Source of the DNA: Bdellovibrionales bacterium
Lineage (GTDB): Bacteria; Bdellovibrionota; UBA1018; CAIMNF01
DNA length: 55,955 nucleotides
Direction of reading: 5' to 3'
NCBI GenBank assembly: GCA_040380025.1
Contig: JBEIJY010000014.1
Span: 1-55,955 of the forward strand
A program made the translations under genes and the position numbers. Positions 18,797-29,044 of the stretch are shown here, piece after piece (position 1 is the stretch's first letter; the number at the start of each line of letters is the position of its first letter). A model generated the notes under the pieces. The model ran no database searches. It was not told where the DNA came from and worked only from the letters and a program-made list of their open reading frames with translations.

Positions 18797-20251
18797 ATGA
18801 GCGACACAAAAGGGAACATCATCATCATCGACGACGACCGCGAAATGCGGGTGCTGGTTTCGGATTTCTTCCGGGGGCTCGGATTCCGAACGCACATCTT
18901 CGGGCTTGCCAAAGAGGCGCTCGATGCCGTCTCGCCGGGCGGGGCCCTGGCCGAGTCCGGTTCTGAGGGAGACATTGACGTCGTGATCTCGGACATCCGG
19001 ATGCCCGAGATGGACGGAATCCAGCTGACGGAACTCCTGCGCGAGAAACGACCCGAGATCCCGGTGGTGCTGATCACCGCTTTCGGAAGCGTGGAAACCG
19101 CAATCGAAGCAATGCACAAGGGCGCCTACCATTATGTTGTGAAGCCCTTCAAGCTGACCGAGCTCGAGGCAACGGTGATCAAGGCCCTAGAGTTCCGGGC
19201 TCTTCAAAAGGACAATACGGCCCTTCGCGCTGAGGTCCGGAAAGGCTGGAACTTCGGGAACGTGATTGGCAAAAGCGACAGCATGAAGCGCATTTATGAT
19301 CTCGTGTCGCGGATCGCCGGTGCGAATTCGAACGTGCTGATCACCGGCGAAAGCGGTACCGGAAAGGAAATGATCGCGAAGGCGATCCATGAGAGCGGAC
19401 CGCGGGCGAACAAACCGTTCGTGGCGATCAACTGTACGGCAATTCCCGAGAACCTGCTCGAGTCTGAACTGTTCGGACACGCGAAGGGCTCGTTCACGGG
19501 TGCGATTCAACGAAAGCGCGGGCTTTTCGAGGAGGCAAACGGCGGTACGATCTTTCTGGACGAGATCGGGGACATGAATGTGCTCTTGCAATCGAAACTG
19601 CTCCGGGTGATTCAGGAGCGGAAAATCCGCGCTGTGGGGGAAAACATTCCGATCGATGTGAACGTGCGGGTGATTGCGGCCACGCACAAGGATCTCCGGA
19701 CTGCCATGAAAGAGGGGCGCTTCCGCGATGACCTGTATTATCGTCTGAGTGTGATTCCGATCCAGATTCCCCCGCTCCGGCATCGGAAGGAGGACATTCC
19801 TCTTCTTGCCGAGCATTTTCTCAAAAAATATTCTGCCTTGAACCAGATGAAGGTAAAGGGCTTCACCAAGCGGGCCATTGCGAAGCTGATCGGAATGAAG
19901 TGGGAAGGAAACGTGCGCGAGCTCGAGAATGTGGTCGAGCGCGCAATCGTTCTTTGTTCGCAAACGCTCGTGGATGAGAATGACATTCCCACTCCCGAAG
20001 CCCAGACACCGGATGAGTTTTTCGGCGAGTCGACCTCGGATTATCCGACACTCACCACGCTCGAAGAGCGATACATTCGCCTGATTCTCGAGAAGACCGG
20101 CGGACGCAAGGACAAGGCATCGCAGATTCTCGGCATCAACCGCAGGACCTTGTATCGAAAAGAGCGGGAATACGGCATGGTTCCGCTTTCCACCCCCGAA
20201 CCTGATGAATTGGGCGAAGAGGACCTGAGCGAGAACATGATGGATGTTTGA
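18797..20251 (+). CDS. sigma54-dependent response regulator (NtrC/AtoC-type enhancer-binding protein)
   Basis: REC (IIDDD, SDIRMP); GESGTGKE, ESELFGH, GSFTGA loop, FLDEIG; Fis-type HTH ASQILGINRRTLYRK. Confidence 0.95.
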   Translation: MSDTKGNIIIIDDDREMRVLVSDFFRGLGFRTHIFGLAKEALDAVSPGGALAESGSEGDIDVVISDIRMPEMDGIQLTELLREKRPEIPVVLITAFGSVETAIEAMHKGAYHYVVKPFKLTELEATVIKALEFRALQKDNTALRAEVRKGWNFGNVIGKSDSMKRIYDLVSRIAGANSNVLITGESGTGKEMIAKAIHESGPRANKPFVAINCTAIPENLLESELFGHAKGSFTGAIQRKRGLFEEANGGTIFLDEIGDMNVLLQSKLLRVIQERKIRAVGENIPIDVNVRVIAATHKDLRTAMKEGRFRDDLYYRLSVIPIQIPPLRHRKEDIPLLAEHFLKKYSALNQMKVKGFTKRAIAKLIGMKWEGNVRELENVVERAIVLCSQTLVDENDIPTPEAQTPDEFFGESTSDYPTLTTLEERYIRLILEKTGGRKDKASQILGINRRTLYRKEREYGMVPLSTPEPDELGEEDLSENMMDV

Positions 20252-20384
20252 GGAGAGAGGAAGCGGATGAATCCCGCCGGCCGGGGAAAGGCTTAAACTT
20301 GCCCGTCCTCCGGCCGGTACCCATCCGGATCAAAAGCTTTGCAAGCGGGGTGCCAAAGGAAACGGTGCGTGCAACAAAACCGAA

Positions 20385-20400
20385 TGGCACCGGCCTTGCT
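20385..20400 (+). promoter_or_regulatory. sigma54 (-24/-12) promoter
   Basis: TGGCAC-CGGCC-TTGCT, exact consensus; ATG 20414 lies 15 nt after the -12 C. Confidence 0.8.
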
Positions 20401-20413
20401 TCGATGAGAGTCG

Positions 20414-20788
20414 ATGAAGTCGAAAAAATACGTGATTTTGGCTCTTTTTTTCGCTCTCGTGATCTCGGGCGGAATCGCCCTCTCCCTGACCGGGGAACCG
20501 CCGCGGGAACCCGTACTCCCGCAGGGGACAATTGTGGAACACAAGGGGCGGAAATATCGCATCGAAACCGACGAGAACCTGCACCGGGTCCGCGTGTTTT
20601 ATGATCTCGATCAAAAACCCTATCCGACCGGGATTGTTCTTTTGCTGAAGCGAAAGGACCAGCCTTCCCGGAGAATCAAGCTCGGGCTCACCGAAACCAC
20701 TCGGGAATCGGTGGTCTACTCGGGCCTTGTGCCTTCGAATGTGTTGATCTCGGGCGGGGTGAGCTTTCAGATCAAAGAGACCAGATGA
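20414..20788 (+). CDS. Small hypothetical exported/membrane-anchored protein (124 aa)
   Basis: Basic N-terminus and hydrophobic stretch, then a beta-rich domain; directly follows the sigma54 promoter. Confidence 0.65.
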   Translation: MKSKKYVILALFFALVISGGIALSLTGEPPREPVLPQGTIVEHKGRKYRIETDENLHRVRVFYDLDQKPYPTGIVLLLKRKDQPSRRIKLGLTETTRESVVYSGLVPSNVLISGGVSFQIKETR

Positions 20789-20827
20789 ATCCTGAGTGAT
20801 TGAGCGGAATCGGAAAATGAAATCCGG

Positions 20828-22516
20828 TCACCATCGTTTTTCGACGAGGCCTGTGCTCAGTTTTTTCAGGTAGGTGGTGGACTTCAGCGCCGGGGGCGGA
20901 AGCTCCGGCACCGGGGACGAAACCGGCTCCCGAAGCCAGCGCGAGGCAAGCTGATCGAACAAGCGCAGATACCCGAGCAAGGTATACCGGCCAAAGTGGG
21001 TGCACGCCCCCTCGTAGGCCTGTGCCTCGTACTCCTGTTCGGTGGTCACATAGCCTGCGTAGGAGTTCGCATAACCCGAGATCACCACGCGCGTGACCCC
21101 AAGCGGCTGTAATCTCGACTGCAGAAGGGAGCGGAGCCGCGCACCCGATTGAGTGGTGAACTCACCCGGTACGGCTGCAAACGCAACAGAACCGATCCGG
21201 AACAACTGGACCGGAATCACGGTCGGAGTCATGGGTTCACCCTTGAAGACCCGGATTCGGGACCAGAACCGGATGATCCGGATCGTCGGATCGATCAGTC
21301 CGGGAATCGGGAGATCCTCGGGTGTGGAATCTCCGAACACGCGCCCCTCGGTGAGATCAATACAGATGATTTTGCTTCCGTGTGCCCGCGTGCGGATTCG
21401 TCGTCCCTTCAAGAAATACGCGATCTGGAGGCCGATCTCGAGCGCCTTCACCATGAGCCATGAAGCACCCCGGCCCTCGGCCGTTCCTTCCATGAAGGGG
21501 CATCCGAGGGCGGCCTTCCCGGTGGTGATTCCGGTCTGTCCCCCCACCCATTCGGGCGGAATGGGAATGGCCGTGCAGTCATGATGGCGAAGAATCGAGC
21601 CGAGCTCATCTCCCGGCATGCGCTTAGACTCTTCGTAGATCCGAAGGGCATGGCGCGCCTGGATCTCGCCATTGAAGTCACAGCTCTTCAGATCGTCGCG
21701 GAAGGCGCCGCGGACCTCGGGCTTGAACCAGTATTTTTTGAAATTCGGGCTCACATCGCCCGAGGCTCCTTGAGCGAAGAGAACCACCGTATCGGCATCG
21801 AGCGACTTGAAGTGCGTCTCGAGGCGGAGGGAGGCCACTCCCTTGTTGTCGGGGTGAACCGCGAAGAAATCGCGATGCACGCTCGTGCAATGAACCGCAA
21901 ACCAGCTGATCAGCGCGATTGGGACGCCCTCGGCGTCCTGCACTCCGAGCACGTCCATCACCCGGTACAAGGCGCGATTCCGCTCCCGTTCCGAGACCTT
22001 CGGCACATCAGGATTCCGGTTCCACGAGGCGACCGAACGATTGAAGGCGACATTCTCTTCGAGCGGAATCTCGCCCGATCCGAACACCAGATGCGCGGGA
22101 ACGCGCGCGCGCCAGGCACCAAGAATCGAGTCGACGATTCCGTTCACATAGGTCTCGTAAATGGCGGGATGATAGCCCCGACTCGGAATATTGTAGAGAA
22201 TCGAATGACAGTACCCGCCGGGCGCGTTGTGGGTGTGAGTGGCGGTCAGGACCACCTCGTGCTCCTGAAACGCCAGATCCGCCGCGCGATCCTGAAGGCG
22301 CTTCATGACCCCGCGACGGATCGACTCTGAAATGAAGCAGATTTCGACACTCACAAAAATGAGCCTTGCGCCCGCATCATTCTCAAACGCGACCGCGCGC
22401 GAGTGGATCTCCGTCTCGACCCGCGTGGCCCAATGCTTCGGATCTCCCCAGCCCAGAAGAGGGATGGATATCTTGATTTCAGGAGTGATTCGCACTCGTG
22501 AGGCGCCTGATCTCAT
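20828..22516 (-). CDS. Neutral/alkaline non-lysosomal ceramidase (no signal peptide; apparently lacks the C-terminal Ig-like domain)
   Basis: THTHNAPGGY zinc motif, FAVHCTS, family signature GDVSPN, PGEFTTQSG, YEGACTHFG. Confidence 0.9.
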   Translation of the reverse strand: MRSGASRVRITPEIKISIPLLGWGDPKHWATRVETEIHSRAVAFENDAGARLIFVSVEICFISESIRRGVMKRLQDRAADLAFQEHEVVLTATHTHNAPGGYCHSILYNIPSRGYHPAIYETYVNGIVDSILGAWRARVPAHLVFGSGEIPLEENVAFNRSVASWNRNPDVPKVSERERNRALYRVMDVLGVQDAEGVPIALISWFAVHCTSVHRDFFAVHPDNKGVASLRLETHFKSLDADTVVLFAQGASGDVSPNFKKYWFKPEVRGAFRDDLKSCDFNGEIQARHALRIYEESKRMPGDELGSILRHHDCTAIPIPPEWVGGQTGITTGKAALGCPFMEGTAEGRGASWLMVKALEIGLQIAYFLKGRRIRTRAHGSKIICIDLTEGRVFGDSTPEDLPIPGLIDPTIRIIRFWSRIRVFKGEPMTPTVIPVQLFRIGSVAFAAVPGEFTTQSGARLRSLLQSRLQPLGVTRVVISGYANSYAGYVTTEQEYEAQAYEGACTHFGRYTLLGYLRLFDQLASRWLREPVSSPVPELPPPALKSTTYLKKLSTGLVEKRW

Positions 22517-22517
22517 G

Positions 22518-24029
22518 TCACACCCGATACAGAACTTCGATGGTTTTCTTCAGCAGATCCGCCACCAATCCCCGAAACGGCAGACTCGAGGCCATTCCGT
22601 ACACCGGCGCCATTCCCGTGCCTCGTGAGGGATTCGTCTTGACCGCGTGGACGCTTTCTTTCAGATCTTCCAGAAATCGCTCCACCACTCCGACCTTGGT
22701 GTGCCGGAGCGTCACCGCAAGATGCACGCACTCGGGCCGATGCAAGCCGTTCAGGCTCCATCCCTTCGCGGTCATCTGGTCCATGACCTCATAGATGTTG
22801 ACCGATTCCGAGCCGAAAGCCAGGACCCAAAGGGGGTTTCCGAGAATCTTCAGCTCCGGAATCGTCGCGATTCCCTCTTTCAGTTTCTTTGCCGCATCCA
22901 GAATCGCCCGCGTCGCATCGAGGTACCCGGCCTCCCCGATCGAAAGCAGTGAGGCCCAGCATGCGGCGCTGAGCGCGCCCGGCCGCGAGCCCGAAAGCGT
23001 CGGAGAGAAATACAAACCTCCCGGCCAATCGGTGATCGTGAAGAACTGTTCGCGCCTGAGCTCCGGGTTTCGGTACAAAACGACCGAGGTGCCTTTGGCG
23101 GAGTACCCGTACTTGTGGGTGTCGACCGACATCGAGGTCACCCCGCGGAGCCTGAAATCAAAGGCCGGAATTCTTTCGCCGAGCTTTTCGGCGAATGGGA
23201 GCACAAAGCCCCCGAGACAGGCATCGGTATGAAAACCGATTCCGCGCGCGTAGGCGATCTCAGAAAGCTCCTCAATCGGGTCGATTCCTCCGTGAGGGAA
23301 TGCCGGCGCCGAACCCACAATCGCAACCGTCCGGCGATTCACCGCACTGGCCACCGCCCCGGGATCGACCGTGAAGTCCCCTCGCACCGGCACATGCACG
23401 AGCTTCATGTTGAAGTACCCCGCGGCCTTATCGAACGCCGCATGAGCGGTCACAGGAGCGATGATTTCGGGGTTTTTCACGCCCCGGAGGCGCCGTGCAC
23501 GATCGCGATACACCTTCATGGCAAGAAGAATGCTCTCGGTTCCGCCCGAGGTGACGGTACCGCAGACGTCCGGAGCGCTCTCCCCGCGTCCCAGAAGATT
23601 CGCAACCATCGAGACAATCTCGGCCTCGAACTTCGTCGCACTCGGAAACAAATCGCTGTGCAGGGGATTGCTCTGCGAATGGAGGGCGTAGACCTCATTC
23701 AAGAATGCAATGTGAGAGGCGTCTCCGTGGTAGATCCCGCCCGAAACAAACCCATCGCGCCACTTCGGCGACTCGAGGTCGCTCATGGAGCGAATTTCAG
23801 AGAGGAGTCTTTCTTTCGGGATTCCACTTCTGGGAAGAGCATCATGCCGCTCGAACCGTCCGTGATAGGGCTTCAGGGAGTGCTCAAGCGACTCGGTCAG
23901 CTTCCGGTCTTCTTCTTCGATTTTTGCCCGAAACCGCGGATCCTGCCGGATCCGGTTCTCGAGCAGAGAGAGCATCGATTTCGGCAAGAGGCGGATGATC
24001 CATTGGTATTTCGCAAGTTCCTTTTCCAT
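22518..24029 (-). CDS. Sphingosine-1-phosphate lyase-like PLP enzyme (group II decarboxylase fold)
   Basis: [42 protein letters not shown]-lysine motif [18 protein letters not shown]. Confidence 0.88.
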   Translation of the reverse strand: MEKELAKYQWIIRLLPKSMLSLLENRIRQDPRFRAKIEEEDRKLTESLEHSLKPYHGRFERHDALPRSGIPKERLLSEIRSMSDLESPKWRDGFVSGGIYHGDASHIAFLNEVYALHSQSNPLHSDLFPSATKFEAEIVSMVANLLGRGESAPDVCGTVTSGGTESILLAMKVYRDRARRLRGVKNPEIIAPVTAHAAFDKAAGYFNMKLVHVPVRGDFTVDPGAVASAVNRRTVAIVGSAPAFPHGGIDPIEELSEIAYARGIGFHTDACLGGFVLPFAEKLGERIPAFDFRLRGVTSMSVDTHKYGYSAKGTSVVLYRNPELRREQFFTITDWPGGLYFSPTLSGSRPGALSAACWASLLSIGEAGYLDATRAILDAAKKLKEGIATIPELKILGNPLWVLAFGSESVNIYEVMDQMTAKGWSLNGLHRPECVHLAVTLRHTKVGVVERFLEDLKESVHAVKTNPSRGTGMAPVYGMASSLPFRGLVADLLKKTIEVLYRV

Positions 24030-24030
24030 T

Positions 24031-25608
24031 TCAGCTCCCCGCGTTTTGTTCCCGGAACCACGATTCATTCCGCTTCAGATAATCCAGATAGGCGCCGAAT
24101 TTGCGTTCATAAACCGCCTGATCGGCCCCGGGTTCGAACACCCGGGCGACTTCGATCCGCGATCCGATCTCTTCCATCGACATCTCGCCCGTTGCCACTA
24201 GAGCCAGTGCGGCCGCGCCTTTCGAGTTCGCGGTTAGGGGATCCTTCATCTGTTCGATCGGGATTCCGAGCGTATCGGCAAGGATGCGACCCCAAACCGA
24301 CGAGCGAGCGCCTCCCCCGATGAAGCGAATCGACTCGAAGTCCCGGCCGCAAAACGATTCGGTGTGTTCCTTCAGCCAGCGAAGATTCAGCGCGACGCCT
24401 TCCATCACGGCACGAATCAGGTGCTTCTGCTCGTGACGCAGGGACAGATTCACAAAGCCACCCCGAAGATGCGAGGCATCCGAGGGAGAGCGTTCTCCGT
24501 TCAGCCAGGGGAAATAATATAACCCCTCCGAACCCGCGGGCACTGTCTCGGCCAGAGCATCCATGCGCGAATACGCATCCTCGGGCGCACGCTCGCGGGA
24601 AACGCCGTTTGCTGGGAACAAAATCCGGTTCTTCAAGAACTGCAACGATGCCCCTGCCGTTTGTTGCTCGTTCACCATGAGGTAACGCCCCGGGATCCCC
24701 GATGGAATGCTTGCGATATTATGAAACAAATCAGCCTTTTTGAAGGGCACATGACAGATGATCCACGCCGAGGTTCCGATATACAGATGCGGGTCGAAAT
24801 CGCGCACTCCTCCCGAACCTACGGCGCCCGAGTGAAGATCGGGCGTCCCCGAGACTACGACGGCATCGGCGGGGATTCCGAATCGGGAGGCGACCTCGGC
24901 ACGCACGGTTCCCAGAATGGAATTCACAGGCACAAGCTCGGGGAGTTTTTCGGGGTCGATTCCGCTCTTTGAGATCAATTCGGTAGAGTATCGGATATTT
25001 CCGATCTCACGATTGTCGGTGAGCCAGTGCAGGGTGATCGAATCGAACGAAGCAGCCGCGCGGCCGGTCAGATGAAAATTCAGATAATCCTTCGGTTCGA
25101 GGAACACCGAGGTTTTTTCGTAAATCGCGGGACGCTCGCGCTTCAAAAAAAGAATATGCGAAATGGGGTCTTTTCCGGAGCGGGTCGGAGCCCCACCCGT
25201 GATGCGAATCCACTGAAGGGTCGGAATCAGTCCGTATCCATCGACTTTGATCAGCCCGTCCGTGAGTCGAGCGGCGTCGGGGGCCCCGCGGGAATCCATC
25301 CAGTTGATCGCGTTCATGAGCGGCTCGCCCGAGCGCGAGAGGGCCACCGTTCCCGACCACTGCGAGGTCACGTTCATGACTTTCACCCGAGCCAGAGCAT
25401 CGCGGTGGTCGCAGGCGATGGCATCGATTGCGGCCTCGATGCCGAGAATCCAGTCGGAGGGCCTTTGCTCGACTCCGCGCTCTCCGTCGAACACCAGCGG
25501 CACTTCCCGGAACGCGGAGGCGATCAGGCGAAGCTCAAAATCAAAGACCGAGACCTTCGGCCCGGAGGTTCCGAGGTCGATGATAAGAACAGTGGGCGGC
25601 GCGACCAT
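24031..25608 (-). CDS. FGGY-family carbohydrate/polyol kinase (xylulokinase-like)
   Basis: [53 protein letters not shown]. Confidence 0.9.
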   Translation of the reverse strand: MVAPPTVLIIDLGTSGPKVSVFDFELRLIASAFREVPLVFDGERGVEQRPSDWILGIEAAIDAIACDHRDALARVKVMNVTSQWSGTVALSRSGEPLMNAINWMDSRGAPDAARLTDGLIKVDGYGLIPTLQWIRITGGAPTRSGKDPISHILFLKRERPAIYEKTSVFLEPKDYLNFHLTGRAAASFDSITLHWLTDNREIGNIRYSTELISKSGIDPEKLPELVPVNSILGTVRAEVASRFGIPADAVVVSGTPDLHSGAVGSGGVRDFDPHLYIGTSAWIICHVPFKKADLFHNIASIPSGIPGRYLMVNEQQTAGASLQFLKNRILFPANGVSRERAPEDAYSRMDALAETVPAGSEGLYYFPWLNGERSPSDASHLRGGFVNLSLRHEQKHLIRAVMEGVALNLRWLKEHTESFCGRDFESIRFIGGGARSSVWGRILADTLGIPIEQMKDPLTANSKGAAALALVATGEMSMEEIGSRIEVARVFEPGADQAVYERKFGAYLDYLKRNESWFREQNAGS

Positions 25609-25614
25609 ACGAAA

Positions 25615-25623
25615 AGAGTAGCA
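25615..25623 (-). promoter_or_regulatory. Extended -10 promoter giving a leaderless kinase-lyase-ceramidase transcript
   Basis: Minus strand TGcTACTCT, then 6 nt to ATG 25608; no Shine-Dalgarno. Confidence 0.55.
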
Positions 25624-25652
25624 CCGTTCCCTTGATGACTAAGTGCAACAAT

Positions 25653-26615
25653 TTACTTCCGGTCGTCTTTGCCCGAAGAAGACGAGCCAAAGAAGCTGTC
25701 GCGTGCGGTGAGCGCCACCAGATCGCGCACGCTTTTGTTCATGCCGTCCACGGAGCCGTCCAAAAAGAAGAGGTTTCCTTTGGAATTCTCGGTGATCTGC
25801 TTCAGGGACTCGGTCCACATGCTGAACAAAATAAAGGAAGAATCGAGGTTCGACCGCACCAGCTCGCCGGCCGCCGCACTCATTCCTTTCGCCACTTCTT
25901 CCCGGAACCTCGCCACCGCCTGCCCGCGAAGCACCGCCGCGTTCATCTCGGCCTCGGCCTGGATCCGGATGGCGTTCCCCTCGGCCTCAGCCGCCTTGGT
26001 CTTCGTGATCAGCAAGGCCTGGCCCTCGTTCTCGGCGGCCGCCTTCATGTTGTTCGCGGCCACGACCTTGCTCATACTTTTCATGACTTCTTCGTCAAAC
26101 GTCACGTCGTTCACCTGAAGATCGATCAGATGATACCCCCACTCGGCCAGATGATGGTCCATGTTGTCTTTCACGGCGTTCGTGATCTCACTTCGAAGCG
26201 AGAGAATCTCGGATTGTCTCTTCGTCGCGACGAACGAGCGGATGCTTCCCTCGACGCTTCTTGCAAGAGTCTGCATGAAGCTCCGGTAATCCATGAACTT
26301 GAAGGCGACATTCTTGATCGTCTCTTCTTCGGAATTCATGACCGAGTAGAGCAACATGGCCTTGAAGTGCACATTGGCCTGATCCATCGTCACGGCCTGG
26401 AACTGGAGCTCCACCGATTGATTCTGGAGGGAGATCCGCGAGAACACCTGCTCGATGACGGGAATCTTGAAGTTCAGCCCCGCTCGAAGGGTGCGGGAGT
26501 ATTTTCCGAACAGGGTCAGGACCACGACCGTGCCCTGCTGGACCGTCACGATTCCGCTCAGAAGAATGATGATGAAAACAACGACCAGAAAAAAGAACCA
26601 AAGAGAGAATTCCAT
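25653..26615 (-). CDS. SPFH/band 7 domain membrane protein
   Basis: N-terminal TM; FGKYSRTLRAGLNFKIPVIE; C-terminal AEAEG coiled-coil repeats. Confidence 0.9.
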   Translation of the reverse strand: MEFSLWFFFLVVVFIIILLSGIVTVQQGTVVVLTLFGKYSRTLRAGLNFKIPVIEQVFSRISLQNQSVELQFQAVTMDQANVHFKAMLLYSVMNSEEETIKNVAFKFMDYRSFMQTLARSVEGSIRSFVATKRQSEILSLRSEITNAVKDNMDHHLAEWGYHLIDLQVNDVTFDEEVMKSMSKVVAANNMKAAAENEGQALLITKTKAAEAEGNAIRIQAEAEMNAAVLRGQAVARFREEVAKGMSAAAGELVRSNLDSSFILFSMWTESLKQITENSKGNLFFLDGSVDGMNKSVRDLVALTARDSFFGSSSSGKDDRK

Positions 26616-26672
26616 GGGTACCGGTCTTAGCACAATTTCAGATCCTTAAGTAGATTCTGAAAGAATCCGATC

Positions 26673-27422
26673 TCACAATCCATCGGGCAAAACGGCGACC
26701 ACGAAGAACACGACTCCAGAAGAGGAATCCTGACGGATTTCAAAGTGAATGTCGGCCTGTTTGAGCCGGAAGGCAAATCGCTTCCCCTCGCTTGCGGGAT
26801 CGCCGGCCGGATGCCGTTCCCGCTGGGAGCGCGGCCGGGGGTCCCATGCGAGCGTTTCTTCGATCAACTCCTGAAGATTGAGCTCGCGCGCTTTTTGGAG
26901 CGGCTCTTCGAGGAATCGGACCGCATATCGGGGAATTTCTCCCTCCACCCAACCGCTCCGCGCCTCCGGAACTGAATCCGCATAAGCGACATAAGGCTTC
27001 ACATCGAGAACCGGGGATCCATCCAAAATATCGAGCCCGCTCACCCGCAATTCCGCCTGTCCGGCTTCGTTCCAACAAATTCGATCGAGTCGCACCACCG
27101 AAAGCCCGATGGGATTCGGCCGGTGCGGCGACCGCGAGGCGAACACACCGACTCGCGGCGGAGCCTCGAGCCGCGGAGGGATTATCGTATTGGACCATTT
27201 TTTGGGATGATTCGGATTCTGGGCCTTGTGAAACACATACACGACCCAGAGATGACTGAACCCCGAAAGATGCAAGAAGGCATCCGGATGCGAGAATTCG
27301 CGCTCCAAGCGAATCACCCCGCGCGCGGCTGAGGTCATGAGCGATTGCCGGGGAACCCCGAACTTCTCTTCAAAACAGCTCTCGACCGAACCGATGGGCG
27401 TCAAATTCCAATCCCTTGCCAT
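26673..27422 (-). CDS. trmO: tRNA (N6-threonylcarbamoyladenosine37-N6)-methyltransferase TrmO/TsaA
   Basis: KFGVPRQS, GFSHLWVVYVFH, GVFASRSPHRPNPIGLS, DGSPVLDVKPY, DPRP. Confidence 0.9.
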   Translation of the reverse strand: MARDWNLTPIGSVESCFEEKFGVPRQSLMTSAARGVIRLEREFSHPDAFLHLSGFSHLWVVYVFHKAQNPNHPKKWSNTIIPPRLEAPPRVGVFASRSPHRPNPIGLSVVRLDRICWNEAGQAELRVSGLDILDGSPVLDVKPYVAYADSVPEARSGWVEGEIPRYAVRFLEEPLQKARELNLQELIEETLAWDPRPRSQRERHPAGDPASEGKRFAFRLKQADIHFEIRQDSSSGVVFFVVAVLPDGL

Positions 27423-27500
27423 TACCCGACAGGGGTAGACGAAAATCCAACGAAACGCACGATGAAAATCAACTCCAGTTCATTTGATTTCGCCCGCCTC

Positions 27501-27530
27501 CCCTTGACGCGAGCATCTGGAATCCCATTT
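27501..27530 (+). promoter_or_regulatory. Possible sigma32-like heat-shock promoter of the HtrA gene
   Basis: CCCTTGAC-N14-TCCCATTT resembles CCCTTGAA-N13-15-CCCCATNT. Confidence 0.4.
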
Positions 27531-27558
27531 AAAAATCATGATAGAATCCAAAACCGTG

Positions 27559-29043
27559 ATGAACCGAACTCTGCTCCGATCTTTCTGTTCTGGTGTTTTG
27601 TTCCTTGCCCTTGCCCATCCCGTCTCCGCCCAGGTTGCCGATCGCGGGTTCGCCGATCTCGCAAAAAAAGTGAGCCCGGGCGTGGTGAACATTTCGACGT
27701 TTGCGCGACCGCGCCTGCAGCGTCCCGGTCCTCCGGGCGGGTTCCCGGGGCTGTTCGAGGAATTCTTCGGCGGAAGGCTCCCGCCCCAGTGGCGTGAGGA
27801 ACCCCTTCCTCCCCCTTCAAAGAAATCAAAACCCCTTCCTTATTCGCTTGGCACGGGTTTCGTGATCGATGAATCCGGATTCATTCTGACCAATTACCAT
27901 GTGATTCAAGGCGCAGAAGAAGTGAAAATCCAGTTCGATGAAGACGAGGAATCGGTTCCGGCCGAAATTGTCGGACGCGACCCCGAGCTCGACGTCGCTC
28001 TGCTCTCGGTCAAGACCAAAGAAAAAACGATCGCGCTTCCGCTCGGAGACTCGGACCGGATCGAAGTGGGCGAACCGGTGCTCGCGATCGGAAACCCCTT
28101 GGGATACGGCCACAGCGTGACCCACGGAATCCTCTCGGCCAAGGAGCGAAAGGCGCCTGAGATGCGGCTTGCGAAATATCTCCAGACTGACGCGTCGATC
28201 AATCCCGGCAACAGTGGCGGTCCCCTGATCAACATGAAGGGCGAGGTGATCGGCATCAACAACGCCATCGATGCCCGCGGACAAGGAATCGGATTTGCGA
28301 TTCCGATCAATTCCGTGAAGCAGATTCTTGGACAACTGAAGAGCAAGGGCAGCGTCTCCCGCGGCTACCTCGGGGTCAGCGTCGGGGAAGTCACCCCTGA
28401 TCTGGCCGAACAACTGAAGCTCCCGAAGGGAACCAAGGGAGTCCTCATCGCAGAGGTGCTCCCCGGCCAAGCGGCGGCCAAGGCGGGGATCCTTCCGTAT
28501 GACGTGATCACCTCGGTGAATCGCGAGAAGGTTTCGAGCCCGATCGACCTTACCACCCGGATCACGGCGATCCCGGTAGGAGAAGCCGCAGAACTTGTCT
28601 TGATCCGGAAAGGCGAAGAGAAAAAGATCTCCCTGAAAGTCGGAGAGCGTCCGGTGGAATCATTTGCCGGGGGCCCGAAAAAAGAATCTCCGAAAGGAAG
28701 CAAGGACAATAAGAAGATTGAGAGCGCGTTCGCCGTCTGGGGCTTTGAATGCGTCGAGCGAAGCGAGGCCAATGCGAAGGAATTCGGGCTCCCGCTCAAA
28801 GAAGTCGAATCCTCTTCGGGGGTGATCCTCTCGGATCTCGCTTACGGCAAGCCCGCCGCCGAATCCGGGCTTGCCCGCGGCGATTTGATCATCGACATCG
28901 GAGGAATCGAAGTTTCGACCGTGGCCCAAGCCGAAGCGGCAGTCAAAAAAGCAGGAAGCCAATCCCTGATGATGCGAATCCGGCGCTATAATCCGAACGG
29001 CGATTCGGCTGTGATCATCGTGATCCTGAAACCGGGCGCCTGA
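27559..29043 (+). CDS. Do/HtrA (DegP/DegQ) serine protease with two PDZ domains
   Basis: Signal peptide; catalytic triad motifs TNYHV, DVALL, INPGNSGGPL; RGYLGV PDZ entry. Alternative start at 27538. Confidence 0.93.
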   Translation: MNRTLLRSFCSGVLFLALAHPVSAQVADRGFADLAKKVSPGVVNISTFARPRLQRPGPPGGFPGLFEEFFGGRLPPQWREEPLPPPSKKSKPLPYSLGTGFVIDESGFILTNYHVIQGAEEVKIQFDEDEESVPAEIVGRDPELDVALLSVKTKEKTIALPLGDSDRIEVGEPVLAIGNPLGYGHSVTHGILSAKERKAPEMRLAKYLQTDASINPGNSGGPLINMKGEVIGINNAIDARGQGIGFAIPINSVKQILGQLKSKGSVSRGYLGVSVGEVTPDLAEQLKLPKGTKGVLIAEVLPGQAAAKAGILPYDVITSVNREKVSSPIDLTTRITAIPVGEAAELVLIRKGEEKKISLKVGERPVESFAGGPKKESPKGSKDNKKIESAFAVWGFECVERSEANAKEFGLPLKEVESSSGVILSDLAYGKPAAESGLARGDLIIDIGGIEVSTVAQAEAAVKKAGSQSLMMRIRRYNPNGDSAVIIVILKPGA

Positions 29044-29044
29044 T

